64,000 nt of DNA from Candidatus Omnitrophota bacterium (GCA_028280285.1 JANQMA010000017.1:993-64992); one strand, 5' to 3'; positions 20,263-29,949 are shown, counted from the stretch's first letter. Program-made: numbers and translations. Notes: generated by a model not told the origin, from the letters alone.

Positions 20263-23118
20263 ATGAATTATTTTACGAAATATTCCGGACTTCATAAATA
20301 TGCAGGTAACAAGTACAGTATTTCGGTTATTTTGATGGTTTTAAGCGGGTTTGCCTTAACAGTCTTTGGTCTTGATATGACAAAGAAGTTTGAAAGAGAA
20401 TGGGTTAAAAAGACATTTACAAACAGGGCTCTTGAATTAAGCATGGCGATCAAAGAAGAGATTGATCTTGATTTAGAAAATCTGAACTCTATCAAAGCGT
20501 TTTACGCATCAACCGGTTATGTGAACAGGATTGAATTTAAAGAATTTACTCAACCTATTTTGGAGCGTCATCCGAGTATTCGTGCCTTGGAATGGATCCC
20601 GCGGATGACCGATGAGAACCGCGAAGAATACATCGCCAAAGCGCACGTTGACGGTCATCGCGATTTTCGCATTTTCAAAGTTACTGAGGAGGGTAATTTT
20701 ATTGAGGCCAAAGCCGGTGGAGAATACTTTCCCATCTATTATGTGGAGCCTTTTGAAGATAATAAAAAGGTTTTTGGGTTCGATGTTTCTTCAAGCCCTG
20801 TGCGCTGGAGAAGTTTGATTAAATCACTTAATACCGGCCGTATGACGGCCACCGCTCCGCTTCGCCTTTTGCAAGACGATTTCAATGAATTCGGCATTTT
20901 GGTTTTTAACCCCATTTATCAAAAGAAAACTTCGGCAAGCTTTGCGGAAGAGCGTTATAAGAATATCAAGGGCTTTGTGGTAGGGGTTTTTCATATCGCC
21001 GGTATGATTGAAGGGGTGCTGACAACGTTACAAACGCAAGGGCTTAATATTTATTTGTTTGATAGTATGGCACGAATGAAAGAACAGTTATTCTATCGTT
21101 ACGAACCGGACTTCACATCAGGTGAACAACCTGAACGTTTAGACCAATCCGCTTTGGCTATAGATGTTAAAGATTTAAGATCAGGAACATTTTACGAAGA
21201 ACATTTTCGTGTAGGCGATCACACCTGGACCATTATTTGTAAGCCATCAGAAAGTTTTATAGCTTCTTTAAAAACAAATCAGTCATGGATTCCACTGTCT
21301 ATTGCTGTGTTACTCATAGCTCTTCTCATTATATATTTTATCAGTCATACTCAAAAGTCGTCTCTGGTTGAAAACATTGTCGAGGATAGGACCAAGGAAT
21401 TGTCGGTTGTTAATGATCGCCTGGAGGAGGAGGTGGAGGAGCGCAGGGCAACGGCAGAAAATTTGGCTAGAACAATCAAGGATTTGGAGAAGGCCAAAAA
21501 AGCAGCCATGAACATTATGCGGGATTTCAGAATAGAAAAGGATAAGGCTCAGGCATTAGCGCATCAAGCCCAGGCGGCGGCTCAGGCCAAAAGCGAATTT
21601 TTAGCGAACATGTCGCATGAAATCCGCACACCGATGAATTCGATACTCGGTTTTAGTAAGCTTCTCAAGCAAACAGACCTTGATGAGGAGCAAATGGATT
21701 TTATATTGACGGTTGAATCAAGCGGGGAAGTGCTGTTGGAGTTGATCAATGATATTTTAGACTTTTCTAAAATCGAAGCCGGTAAGGTGGAGTTAGAGAA
21801 AATTGATTTTGATTTAGAGCCGCTGATTGTTGATGTTTTTAAGATGATGACATCGAAGTTCGGGGGTAAAGACATTGAAACCTATATTGATATTGCCGAT
21901 AATGTGCCTGCCCGTATTAAGGGGGATACGACACGGTTAAGACAAGTGCTTATGAATTTTTTAAGCAATGCGATTAAATTTACCTCCCAGGGAGAAATTG
22001 GAATTAAGATCAATCTTGAAGAAGAACGGGAAGATGTGTCTGCACTGCGTTTTTCTGTCAATGACACAGGGATCGGAATACCCGAGGATAAACGGGAGGA
22101 AATATTTGAGTCGTTCAGCCAGGCGGATATGTCGACCAGCCGCAAGTTTGGCGGCACTGGTCTGGGGCTTGCGATTTCCAAGGCTTTAATCACGGCTATG
22201 CAGGGAAAAGTCTGGATTGAGTCAGAGGTTGGTGTCGGTAGTAGTTTTATATTTACAGGATGTTTTGGTAAAGCAGAACCGGTTGAGACAACGGCAATTA
22301 AAAAACGCGATCTGACCGGAACAAAGATTATGATTGTCGACGATAGCGTTATGTCGCAGAAGATTTCCCAGAGACTTTGTGAGCGCTTGAAACTGGATGT
22401 TTTATCTGTGGCTGATAGCGCACCGGCGGCCTTACAGAAAATAGATGAGTTGGCCGCCGGTGACAATCTTCCTGATATTATTTTAAGCGATATCATGATG
22501 CCGCAGATGAATGGCTATGCCTTGATGAAAAAAATTAAAAGCCATACAAAGTGTGATTCTGTGAGAGTGATTGCGATGACACATAACCTTGAGCTCGGCA
22601 TTGCTAAAAAAGCTAAAGAGGAAGGCTTTGACGGGTTTTTACATAAACCTTTGGTCAAAAGTGAGCTGGAAAAAGAAATCATCACAACGTTAAGTGAAAG
22701 TCAAACAGAACTAAAGAGAACTGTTTCTTCGACCGATGAACAAGGAGCCGCGCGGGATATCAGGATTCTTGTTGTCGAAGATAATATTGCCAATCAAAAG
22801 TTGCTTAAGATTCAATTGAATAAATGGGGGTATGACAGCGACTATGTCTTTAACGGGCAAGAAGCGATTGATAAGCTTAAGGAAGATGATCAGTATGATA
22901 TTTGTCTTATGGATCTGCAAATGCCTGTGATGGGTGGCGAGGAGGCCTCGCGGATTATCCGCAAGGACGTTGATAAAGAGATTCCGATCATCGCTTTAAC
23001 GGCTAAGATTGTTGATAATGTAGAAGACGAATGCCGGGAAGCGGGCATGAATGATTATGTCAGCAAACCGATTGATGCGGATGATTTAAAGGAAAAGATT
23101 TTAAAATATACAGCGTAA
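20263..23118 (+). CDS. CHASE-domain hybrid sensor histidine kinase with two C-terminal receiver domains
   Basis: TM, periplasmic CHASE-like region ([21 protein letters not shown]...[19 protein letters not shown]...[15 protein letters not shown]), second TM, coiled coil, H-box [17 protein letters not shown], HATPase ([15 protein letters not shown]), REC1 ([11 protein letters not shown]...[12 protein letters not shown]) and REC2 ([11 protein letters not shown]...[12 protein letters not shown]). Confidence 0.88.
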   Translation: MNYFTKYSGLHKYAGNKYSISVILMVLSGFALTVFGLDMTKKFEREWVKKTFTNRALELSMAIKEEIDLDLENLNSIKAFYASTGYVNRIEFKEFTQPILERHPSIRALEWIPRMTDENREEYIAKAHVDGHRDFRIFKVTEEGNFIEAKAGGEYFPIYYVEPFEDNKKVFGFDVSSSPVRWRSLIKSLNTGRMTATAPLRLLQDDFNEFGILVFNPIYQKKTSASFAEERYKNIKGFVVGVFHIAGMIEGVLTTLQTQGLNIYLFDSMARMKEQLFYRYEPDFTSGEQPERLDQSALAIDVKDLRSGTFYEEHFRVGDHTWTIICKPSESFIASLKTNQSWIPLSIAVLLIALLIIYFISHTQKSSLVENIVEDRTKELSVVNDRLEEEVEERRATAENLARTIKDLEKAKKAAMNIMRDFRIEKDKAQALAHQAQAAAQAKSEFLANMSHEIRTPMNSILGFSKLLKQTDLDEEQMDFILTVESSGEVLLELINDILDFSKIEAGKVELEKIDFDLEPLIVDVFKMMTSKFGGKDIETYIDIADNVPARIKGDTTRLRQVLMNFLSNAIKFTSQGEIGIKINLEEEREDVSALRFSVNDTGIGIPEDKREEIFESFSQADMSTSRKFGGTGLGLAISKALITAMQGKVWIESEVGVGSSFIFTGCFGKAEPVETTAIKKRDLTGTKIMIVDDSVMSQKISQRLCERLKLDVLSVADSAPAALQKIDELAAGDNLPDIILSDIMMPQMNGYALMKKIKSHTKCDSVRVIAMTHNLELGIAKKAKEEGFDGFLHKPLVKSELEKEIITTLSESQTELKRTVSSTDEQGAARDIRILVVEDNIANQKLLKIQLNKWGYDSDYVFNGQEAIDKLKEDDQYDICLMDLQMPVMGGEEASRIIRKDVDKEIPIIALTAKIVDNVEDECREAGMNDYVSKPIDADDLKEKILKYTA

Positions 23119-23161
23119 AGCATTTACTTAAAAAATGTAAGGCAAAAGGGGAGACTGCTCT

Positions 23162-23830
23162 ATGTTACATGCACCGATACCGGAAAATGAAGTTGAACGG
23201 CTCGAATCACTCAAAAAATTAAATATTCTTGATACAGCACCGGAAGAACGTTTTGATCGCATCACGCGCTGTGCGCAAAGACTGTTTGATGTGCCTATTT
23301 CAACGATCAGTTTAGTCGACACTAATCGCGAATGGTTTAAATCATGCCAGGGGACCGACGTGACAAAAGGCGACCGGTCTATTTCTTTTTGCGGTCATGC
23401 GATGCTCGCTGATGATTTGCTGGTGATTCCCGATACACATCAGGATGAGCGTTTTAAGGATAATCCAATGGTTGTGGGAGAGCCGCACTTACGTTTTTAT
23501 GCCGGGCAGTCCTTGCGCGGGCCCGGGGCGCATCGTATAGGCACATTTTGTATTAAGGATCAGAAGCCACGGAATATGACCGATAAGGAGAAAGAAAATT
23601 TAAAAGACTTGGCTGCCTGGGTTGAATTGGAGCTTAATGCCTCTGATTTAAGTTTGGCATTGGACGAACGCAATCAAACGCTAGACAAATTAAAACACAA
23701 TAATCAGGAATTGGAAGAGATGAATGAGCTGATGATGGATCGCGAGATACGCATGGTTGAGCTAAAGACAGAAATTAACGATTTGTGCGAAAAATTAGGA
23801 GAAAAATCACGCTACGAAGTGCAAGACTAA
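23162..23830 (+). CDS. GAF-domain protein with a C-terminal coiled coil
   Basis: GAF-like N-terminus (EVERLESLKKLNILDTAPEERFDRITRCAQRLFDVPISTISLVD...FCGHAM...FYAG) and a coiled-coil tail. Confidence 0.7.
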   Translation: MLHAPIPENEVERLESLKKLNILDTAPEERFDRITRCAQRLFDVPISTISLVDTNREWFKSCQGTDVTKGDRSISFCGHAMLADDLLVIPDTHQDERFKDNPMVVGEPHLRFYAGQSLRGPGAHRIGTFCIKDQKPRNMTDKEKENLKDLAAWVELELNASDLSLALDERNQTLDKLKHNNQELEEMNELMMDREIRMVELKTEINDLCEKLGEKSRYEVQD

Positions 23831-23929
23831 ACCCGCCTGTCTTCGGTCTGGTTGTTCTGGACTTTTCTTTCCTCATCTGTTATAACGTATTAATATTTTT
23901 ACTATTATTTTAAAAATTACAAGACCACT

Positions 23930-24006
23930 GCGCCCGTAGCTCAGCTGGATAGAGCATTTGCCTTCTAAGCAAAGGGTCGCACGTTCGAATCGTGCCGGGC
24001 GCGCCA
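23930..24006 (+). tRNA. tRNA-Arg (anticodon UCU)
   Basis: Acceptor stem GCGCCCG/CGGGCGC, D-arm GCTC-AGCTGGATA-GAGC, anticodon arm TTTGC-CTTCTAA-GCAAA (positions 34-36 = TCT), T-arm GCACG-TTCGAAT-CGTGC, discriminator G, CCA. Confidence 0.9.
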
Positions 24007-24019
24007 TTCTTTTTTTCTA

Positions 24020-24976
24020 ATGAAATTTATCGGACGGATTATAACCGTTATTGCCACATTTATCCTCATCGCGTTTCTGGGCGCGATGTTTTATTTTAAT
24101 GTCTATGGTAAAGATTTTCTCACTAAATCCTTAACCGAAGCTTTTGGCCATCCGGTTGAGTTTGAAAGTATTGTTGTTAAGCCGCCGTTTGTTTTTCATC
24201 TGATTAATTTTAATATGGGTGAGAACATTAAGGCTAACAGAGTGGATATCTACCCGCGTTTCAGTTCTTTTTTTGGTAGTGCGTTTTCCATTAATCGCCT
24301 AGTCCTCAAAGAAGCAGTTATTAATTTTGTTGAGGAAAGTTTTAGCGCGCAGGATATGTTTAATCCACAGACTGTTTTAGAGCCACAAGTGTTGTTGGAT
24401 GAAGATGCGCCGAAACCTCAGCCCATTGTTCCCAGAAAAATAACAGATACCTCCGGGACATCGATTCTGTTGCAACATCTTTTTTTCGAAAACTCGACGG
24501 TGAATTACAAGGGTGCCGGGGGCCTTAGCTTTACTTTAACGAATGTTGAATTAGATGCGCAAAATATTATGCTTCCGGAGTTGGATAAGGATGTCTTTTT
24601 TAAATTAACGTCTATTTTACATGCAGAGAGAAAGCAGCTCAACAATGGACGAGTTATAGCTGAAGGGTGGCTTAATTGGAACTTGCGGAATATGCAGGCG
24701 ACACTTAAAGTTCAGGATAAAAAGCAAAAAGACGCTTTGACGGCTATTTTGAGCTCCAAAGACAATGAATTAGCGGTTAAAGGGGAGATTGTGATTAAAG
24801 ATTTTGGTATTCAGATTAAAGATGAAGAGGGGGAAGATAAATCTATTCAGAACCTTTTATCTGATGTGCTGTCAACGGTTGGGATTGATGTGGGAGCTAA
24901 ATTTAATTTTGTCACGCAAATGGATAACTTTGAAATCACCAATGTTGTTTTTTCCGGAAGCATTGTCTCGCACTAG
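24020..24976 (+). CDS. hypothetical membrane-anchored protein (N-terminal TM; possibly a small AsmA-like N-domain protein)
   Basis: 318-aa ORF with N-terminal TM IITVIATFILIAFLGAMFYF. No catalytic motifs recognised. Confidence 0.45.
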   Translation: MKFIGRIITVIATFILIAFLGAMFYFNVYGKDFLTKSLTEAFGHPVEFESIVVKPPFVFHLINFNMGENIKANRVDIYPRFSSFFGSAFSINRLVLKEAVINFVEESFSAQDMFNPQTVLEPQVLLDEDAPKPQPIVPRKITDTSGTSILLQHLFFENSTVNYKGAGGLSFTLTNVELDAQNIMLPELDKDVFFKLTSILHAERKQLNNGRVIAEGWLNWNLRNMQATLKVQDKKQKDALTAILSSKDNELAVKGEIVIKDFGIQIKDEEGEDKSIQNLLSDVLSTVGIDVGAKFNFVTQMDNFEITNVVFSGSIVSH

Positions 24977-25085
24977 GCGTCCACGGCTGTATTTTCTCCC
25001 TTGCGGGAGGATGATTTTGTGCTAAAATTATCGCTCCTTAAACATACTTTTTAATTTTTACTTTTCATTTTTCAGTTTGCTTTGT

Positions 25086-25161
25086 GGTGGCTGTGGCGCA
25101 GTGGTAGCGCATCTGATTGTGGTTCAGATGGTCGCGGGTTCGAACCCCGTCAGCCACCCCA
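25086..25161 (+). tRNA. tRNA-His (anticodon GUG) with the extra 5' G(-1)
   Basis: G(-1) + GTGGCTG acceptor stem/CAGCCAC + discriminator C + CCA. Anticodon arm TCTGA-TTGTGGT-TCAGA (positions 34-36 = GTG). T-arm GCGGG-TTCGAAC-CCCGT. Confidence 0.9.
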
Positions 25162-25172
25162 GTTGTGACACT

Positions 25173-25210
25173 CAGCGAACAGTTCTTTATTGAGCTGTTC
25201 GCTGTTTTTT
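25173..25210. terminator. Bidirectional terminator hairpin between tRNA-His (+) and the HEPN gene (-)
   Basis: AGCGAACAG...CTGTTCGCT stem followed by GTTTTTT. Confidence 0.55.
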
Positions 25211-25217
25211 ATAGGGT

Positions 25218-25451
25218 TTAACTTTGGAGTAGTTCTTCAGTTTTTTCGAGGAACGTTTGGGCTTTCGCTACTAGAGTTTCCGCACTTGATTTAGAAAATT
25301 CATTTTCATAGTCAGCATTTTCTCGAAGCGTTTTTGCCATTTGCATGGCTTCAACAAGACGGCCATCGAGCAGTTTCTCGGCAACAAAGAGCGTCTTTAA
25401 CGCAACAATGAGACAGTCTTTAAAATCTTTATCGTTTAAACTTTTTGCCAC
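25218..25451 (-). CDS. HEPN-domain protein (toxin-like partner of the adjacent nucleotidyltransferase)
   Basis: 77-aa helical protein overlapping the upstream MNT gene by 16 nt. This HEPN/MNT pair organisation matches known HEPN-MNT modules. Confidence 0.55.
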   Translation of the reverse strand: MAKSLNDKDFKDCLIVALKTLFVAEKLLDGRLVEAMQMAKTLRENADYENEFSKSSAETLVAKAQTFLEKTEELLQS

Positions 25452-25969
25452 AACGGTGTGCCTTTTTCAATTTCTTGGAAGAATACAGGTTCTTTTTTCT
25501 CCAGGCTTACATACTCTTGAGGACTTTTAAGTATTAGCTGAAGTTTGTTTTTATTTTTAAATTTATCAATAATCTCAGTCACATTTGCTTTTTGACTGCT
25601 AACCACCAGTAAATCAATATCGCTATCCTCATTGTTCGTGCCTTCAGCACAGCTCCCAAACAAAACAACTTTTTCGGCGTATGGCTGTAGCTTCTTTACA
25701 AGCGGATTAAGTAATAGTATAGTACGAAATACCTTAAATTGTCTAATGATAGCAGAGCTGTTATCTACTTGATAGAACGTCATGCGACCCTTTTTTTCAC
25801 TTTTAAGCAGATTGTTCTTTTTCAATAGATGTAGAGATTGATTGACTCCGCCAATGCTTAGACCCGTTTTTTTTGCGATTTGACTACTATAAAACGAGTC
25901 GTTTGGATGCTCACAGAGAAATTCCAGTATTTTCTGATTCATTTTTGATGAGAGTATGTCATCATTCAT
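25436..25969 (-). CDS. wHTH plus minimal nucleotidyltransferase (MNT) domain protein
   Basis: N-terminal winged-helix-like segment followed by the MNT signature LFGSCAEGTNNEDSDIDLLVV (G-S...D-x-D). Confidence 0.7.
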   Translation of the reverse strand: MNDDILSSKMNQKILEFLCEHPNDSFYSSQIAKKTGLSIGGVNQSLHLLKKNNLLKSEKKGRMTFYQVDNSSAIIRQFKVFRTILLLNPLVKKLQPYAEKVVLFGSCAEGTNNEDSDIDLLVVSSQKANVTEIIDKFKNKNKLQLILKSPQEYVSLEKKEPVFFQEIEKGTPLWQKV

Positions 25970-26198
25970 TGGTTAGCCTTTATTTTCATATATGTGAAAT
26001 TGATTTCATTAATATGAACAATAAAAATATAACGTATTTTGCGCTGAATGTCAAGCTCTGCTGCTTCGGTCAGTTTATAGTCCCCATTTAGACACCAAAC
26101 CTGTCAAATGGATTAAACAATATATTGCAGGAGTTGTAAGTGCTTGCTACTGAATAAGAAATAAGATAAAATACCCAAAATGAATTAAAAGAAAAGCC

Positions 26199-26414
26199 AT
26201 GAGAAAAGAATACGATCTGTCAAAAATGAAGTTCCGACGAAACCCTTATGCAAGCCGTTTAAAAAAGCCTGTCACTATGCGTTTAGGACAGGATGTGATC
26301 GACTATTTTAAATCTTTAGCGGCTGAGCAGGGGGTTCCTTATCAGCAGCTGATTAATATGTATTTGCGTGATTGTGTTCAGACACATCGCAAGCCCGAAT
26401 GGGTATCGCATTAG
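26199..26414 (+). CDS. BrnA-like (CopG/RHH-type) antitoxin, apparently orphan
   Basis: 71 aa. KKPVTMRLGQDVIDYFKSLAAEQGVPYQQLINMYLRD matches the BrnA/COG3514 pattern. No BrnT-like ORF is found upstream in any frame. Confidence 0.6.
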   Translation: MRKEYDLSKMKFRRNPYASRLKKPVTMRLGQDVIDYFKSLAAEQGVPYQQLINMYLRDCVQTHRKPEWVSH

Positions 26415-26416
26415 AA

Positions 26417-26941
26417 ATGATTTTATTTGAACTTTTTATTGTGTTTTTGCGTATCGGGCTTTTTGCCATCGGCGGCGCGTATTCGTTCCTGCCGCTTTTG
26501 CAAAAAGAGGTGGTTGAAAGCTACGCCTGGCTCACCAAAGAAGAGTTCCTCGAGGTTCTGGGGGTGGTTAAGATATTCCCCGGAGCAATTTCCATTAAAT
26601 TTGCGACCTACACCGGCTATAAAATGGCCGGCATTCCAGGAGCGGTGGTGGCCAATATCGCCAATTTGCTTTCTCCGGCTTTGCTTATTTTCCTGGCCAC
26701 TTTTCTCTATAATAACTATAAGAATACCCCGCAGGTCAAAGGCGCTTTTGAAATGGTTCAGGTGGCAGTGTTTGCGATGATTATTGCCGTGGCCTTTCAG
26801 TCGCTTAATGTGCATGAGCTCATCAAATGGCGCAATTTGCTTGTTATTGTGGCCGCTTTTTGCCTGTTTCTCTTTACTAAAGTCCATCCGGCCTTTATTA
26901 TTATTGGAGCCGCCCTGATCGGTAGTCTTTTTGTAAAGTAG
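26417..26941 (+). CDS. chromate transporter ChrA-family protein (short single-domain form)
   Basis: MILFELFIVFLRIGLFAIGGAYSFLPLLQKEVVESYAWLTKEEFLE matches the ChrA half-transporter N-terminal motif. Start at 26417 rather than 26372. Confidence 0.7.
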   Translation: MILFELFIVFLRIGLFAIGGAYSFLPLLQKEVVESYAWLTKEEFLEVLGVVKIFPGAISIKFATYTGYKMAGIPGAVVANIANLLSPALLIFLATFLYNNYKNTPQVKGAFEMVQVAVFAMIIAVAFQSLNVHELIKWRNLLVIVAAFCLFLFTKVHPAFIIIGAALIGSLFVK

Positions 26942-27131
26942 GGGTGGCCCCTGTTTTTTATCTTGTCTGTAAGGCGTCTTATGTTATAATGCAGACAAAA
27001 TTAAGGCCTTTTTCTCCGACGCCAGAAAGCTATACTAAGAGTATGGCTTTCTGGCGTCGGAGCCTCGTAAATGAAGAATCTATTAATGTAAGTTTGCGAG
27101 GCGTCACTGTAACCTCCAGGAGAATAGACAG

Positions 27132-27479
27132 TTGGAATTTTCCCATTATGATGAGAAGCGGGCGTATAAGCGTTTTACCAATAAGGAGCCTATACGTATT
27201 GAATTTAAGGATTGTGAGTTCTCTGCAGGTTGTCTGAGCTATGATCTCAGTGAGGGAGGCGTTAAGTTTCAACATAATGACTTTATCCCTTTGGGACAGA
27301 AAGTTCATTTAGAGGTTGGATTAAGTAATAAAGAAGTGGTTTATTGCACAGGGCGTGTGGCCTGGGTTCAAAAAATGCCCCATTCCCACCGGTATCAAAT
27401 TGGTGTTCAATTTATGGATGACAGTCTGATTTATGATGCAAGATCACGTATTCATGCCTTTTTTCAAGAGGATGAGTAA
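27132..27479 (+). CDS. PilZ-domain protein
   Basis: KRFTNKEPIRIE...(D)LSEGGVKF matches the PilZ RxxxR ... D/NxSxGG c-di-GMP-binding pattern. Confidence 0.6.
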   Translation: MEFSHYDEKRAYKRFTNKEPIRIEFKDCEFSAGCLSYDLSEGGVKFQHNDFIPLGQKVHLEVGLSNKEVVYCTGRVAWVQKMPHSHRYQIGVQFMDDSLIYDARSRIHAFFQEDE

Positions 27480-27603
27480 AAAGTAATATGGAAGTCCCTC
27501 GCAACTGAGAATTAATAGATGGTTGCTCGGGATAAATTCGCACTTATCAGTTATGTTCGCGTGTTTACGCTCCATAACTGATGTGCTCATTTAAGGAGCA
27601 AAA

Positions 27604-27798
27604 ATGGCAGACAAAAAAGATGATGATTTCGGCAAAAAATGTGCTGGAACTAAAAAACCTATTGATCGTGCGCGAAGATACTACCGTGACGGTAATTATT
27701 TTGCTAACAAAACGGCGTATATAGGCTGGCGTAATAAAGCGCGTAAAAAAGCAGCGGAAGAAGCAGCAGCAGCGCAAGAAGAGAAGCAAGAAGCTTAA
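27604..27798 (+). CDS. small basic hypothetical protein (64 aa) with a Lys/Ala/Glu-rich tail
   Basis: GGAGCA Shine-Dalgarno 7 nt upstream of the ATG. Preceded by a 10-bp-stem hairpin (27546-27582) and followed directly by the AAGTCC palindromic element. Confidence 0.45.
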   Translation: MADKKDDDFGKKCAGTKKPIDRARRYYRDGNYFANKTAYIGWRNKARKKAAEEAAAAQEEKQEA

Positions 27799-27801
27799 TT
27801 C

Positions 27802-27875
27802 GTACTTGGTACTTAGGACTTCGGACTTGGTGGAAAATATCCTAAGTACTAAGTCCCAAGTCCCAAGTCCTAGGT
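27802..27875. repeat. AAGTCC/GGACTT-family palindromic element, copy 1
   Basis: GTACTTGGTACTTAGGACTTCGGACTTGG ... CCTAAGTACTAAGTCCCAAGTCCCAAGTCCTAGG. Confidence 0.8.
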
Positions 27876-27897
27876 CCAATACAATTAATAATAAGAT

Positions 27898-28272
27898 ATG
27901 ACAAACTCCCCACAAGGTTCAGAAAGAAGAAGAGATCCCCGCCTCGAAAATAGCATTCCGCTTAAGATTGTCCAAAAAGGCATCAATATCTCGACTAATA
28001 CAGTGAATGTCAGCCGTTCCGGCGCCTATTGTACTGTTGATCAATATATCGAACCAATGACCAAGATGAAAATTGATCTTATGGTTCCTGTCCGGCAAAA
28101 CGGCAAATTTGTCAGTAAAAAGATTTCATGTGACGGCGTGGTTGTGCGTGCGGAGGAATGTGAAGATGGCAAAAGTCATAATATTGCGATCTTTTTTAAT
28201 GATATCGCGCAGAAAGATGCCGAACGTATTGCCGAATATGTGAATTCTTATCTAAAGAATGAATCGAATTGA
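27898..28272 (+). CDS. PilZ-domain protein (second paralog)
   Basis: RRRDPRLENSIPLKI ... NVSRSGAYC matches the PilZ pattern. Confidence 0.6.
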   Translation: MTNSPQGSERRRDPRLENSIPLKIVQKGINISTNTVNVSRSGAYCTVDQYIEPMTKMKIDLMVPVRQNGKFVSKKISCDGVVVRAEECEDGKSHNIAIFFNDIAQKDAERIAEYVNSYLKNESN

Positions 28273-28955
28273 GTTTATCCAGATCCACTAAAAAACCGGT
28301 TCCGGTGCTTTTTGAAAATCAGCATTTTATCGTCTTTAATAAACCCGCCAGGCTTCTTGTCATCCCGTCACCGACCGAGAAAAATAATACATTAGTTAAT
28401 ATTGTGAATCGTCAGTATGCACGTAATGATGGATCGGCCAAGCTTCATCCATGCCACCGGTTGGACAAAGACACATCCGGGGCTATTTTGTTTGCCAAGG
28501 GTAAGGCCAACCAAAAGGTGATGATGGAGGAGTTTAAAGACAGGGAAATTAAAAAAGTCTATGAGGCCTTTGTGCATGGACACCCTAAAAGAAAAAAGGC
28601 ATCGATCAGTAAGCCGATCAAGTCACTGGATCAGAAGAAATTTAAGCAAACGCGGGCCAAGCCGGCTTTAACGAATTATCAAGTGAAGAAAACCTGTGAA
28701 CACTTTAGTGTCGTCGAGGCAGAGCCTGTGACCGGACGTGCTAATCAAATACGTATTCATTTCAAAGATATCGGCCATCCGCTTGTGGGGGAGCGCAAAT
28801 ACGCCATTGCGCGGGATTATCCGGTCAAATTTAAACGTGTTGCGCTTCATGCCAGCCGTTTGGAGTTTATTGATCCACATTCGCAACAGCATGTTATTGT
28901 GGATGCTCCTCTGGCGGAAGATATGAGAGAATTTTTGGAAAAAAGTGGTCCGTGA
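28269..28955 (+). CDS. RluA-family pseudouridine synthase
   Basis: HRLDKDTSGAILFAK (catalytic Asp motif), TGRANQIRIHF and HPLVGERKYA. The last three codons and the TGA stop lie inside a GTGGTC-family palindromic element. Confidence 0.8.
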   Translation: MSLSRSTKKPVPVLFENQHFIVFNKPARLLVIPSPTEKNNTLVNIVNRQYARNDGSAKLHPCHRLDKDTSGAILFAKGKANQKVMMEEFKDREIKKVYEAFVHGHPKRKKASISKPIKSLDQKKFKQTRAKPALTNYQVKKTCEHFSVVEAEPVTGRANQIRIHFKDIGHPLVGERKYAIARDYPVKFKRVALHASRLEFIDPHSQQHVIVDAPLAEDMREFLEKSGP

Positions 28956-29012
28956 TCCGTGGTCAGTGGTCGTTTTTATGTTTGATCACAGAACACAGAC
29001 CACAGATCACTA
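28944..29012. repeat. GTGGTCYGTG-family palindromic element, copy 1 (overlaps rluA stop)
   Basis: Left arm GTGGTCCGTGATCCGTGGTCAGTGGTC, right arm GATCACAGAACACAGACCACAGATCAC. Confidence 0.85.
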
Positions 29013-29030
29013 AAATAAAGGAGGCACAAG

Positions 29031-29348
29031 GTGACAGAAGCAACTACAGAACAAGGTAAAACACTCAGTGAATTATGTGAATACTGTCATGGGATTGCAC
29101 GTGAAAAAGGTTTTTGGGATAAAGAGCGCAATGTCGGTGAGGCATTGATGCTTGTGGTTACCGAAATCGCCGAGGCCATGGAAGGTTATCGTCATGAGGA
29201 TCACGATAATTTTCGCGAGGAGATTGCCGATGCCTTTATCCGTCTTTTTGATTTCTGTGGAGGGATGGGCATTGATATCGAAGCAGAAATTATGAAAAAA
29301 TGTGCTGTTAATAAAAAACGGCCATACAAACACGGGAAAATTTGTTGA
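29031..29348 (+). CDS. MazG-like nucleotide pyrophosphohydrolase (small single-domain)
   Basis: GTG start with AAGGAGG Shine-Dalgarno. EALMLVVTEIAEAMEGYR...FREEIADAFIRLFDF is the MazG/NTP-PPase EExxE/D helix motif. Confidence 0.65.
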   Translation: MTEATTEQGKTLSELCEYCHGIAREKGFWDKERNVGEALMLVVTEIAEAMEGYRHEDHDNFREEIADAFIRLFDFCGGMGIDIEAEIMKKCAVNKKRPYKHGKIC

Positions 29349-29412
29349 TACCGAAAACAAGTGCCGGGTGCGCAGGCACCCGGTGCTTGTGACGGTTATA
29401 AGGAAATAATAG

Positions 29413-29874
29413 ATGACTATGAAAAAATTATTTTTATTATTACTCGCTTTTGTTTTAACTGGATGTTCAACCGTCAAGATTCCTGAATACATTCAGGATG
29501 AAAATCCCTACACCAAAAACTTTTTTTCTAGTTATCCTGCGACTTTAAAGGCGGTGCAAGAAGTGCTTTCTGACCTTGGCTGGGTCATTGAAGAGTTAAA
29601 AGATCCTTCCGTTTATGAAAGAAGTGAGGGCTTAGACGATCCTTTTTCTGAAAAAGTGCTTCTTATCACAGAAGTGAAGGAAAAAGCCTTTGTCGTCGGT
29701 ACACGCTACAGCCGGCTCAATGTGTATGTCTCCTCCATCGAACAAGACAAAACAGTTGTTGAGGTGCGTTTTCTCACAGTGACTGCCATGCCGTATAGCA
29801 GCATACGCAGCTATGAGCACGAGTTTAGTGCCGAGCGGATACTTAAAAAAATTGAGGAAAAATTGAGTGAATAG
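29413..29874 (+). CDS. putative lipoprotein
   Basis: Signal peptide MTMKKLFLLLLAFVLTGC with lipobox LTGC. Confidence 0.55.
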   Translation: MTMKKLFLLLLAFVLTGCSTVKIPEYIQDENPYTKNFFSSYPATLKAVQEVLSDLGWVIEELKDPSVYERSEGLDDPFSEKVLLITEVKEKAFVVGTRYSRLNVYVSSIEQDKTVVEVRFLTVTAMPYSSIRSYEHEFSAERILKKIEEKLSE

Positions 29875-29949
29875 AATTAAGGGGACACATCACTTAATTC
29901 GAAAGTAATAATTTTAAATTAATTAAGTAATGTGTCCCCTTAATTCACC

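Noticed and set aside
21882-22496. 204-aa minus-strand ORF inside the CHASE hybrid kinase gene
   Set aside because: It is antisense to conserved HATPase/REC coding sequence, with a low-complexity Ser/Ile-rich translation. Spurious.
25980-26198. Searched for a BrnT-like toxin ORF upstream of the BrnA-like gene
   Set aside because: All three frames contain stops within 20 codons, and no BrnT-like motif (e.g. ...IRIISARKA) is present. I conclude the antitoxin is orphan.
26423-26887. 154-aa (-) and 117-aa (+) alternative-frame ORFs overlapping chrA
   Set aside because: Only the 26417 frame gives the ChrA motif and transmembrane helices. The others are frame shadows.
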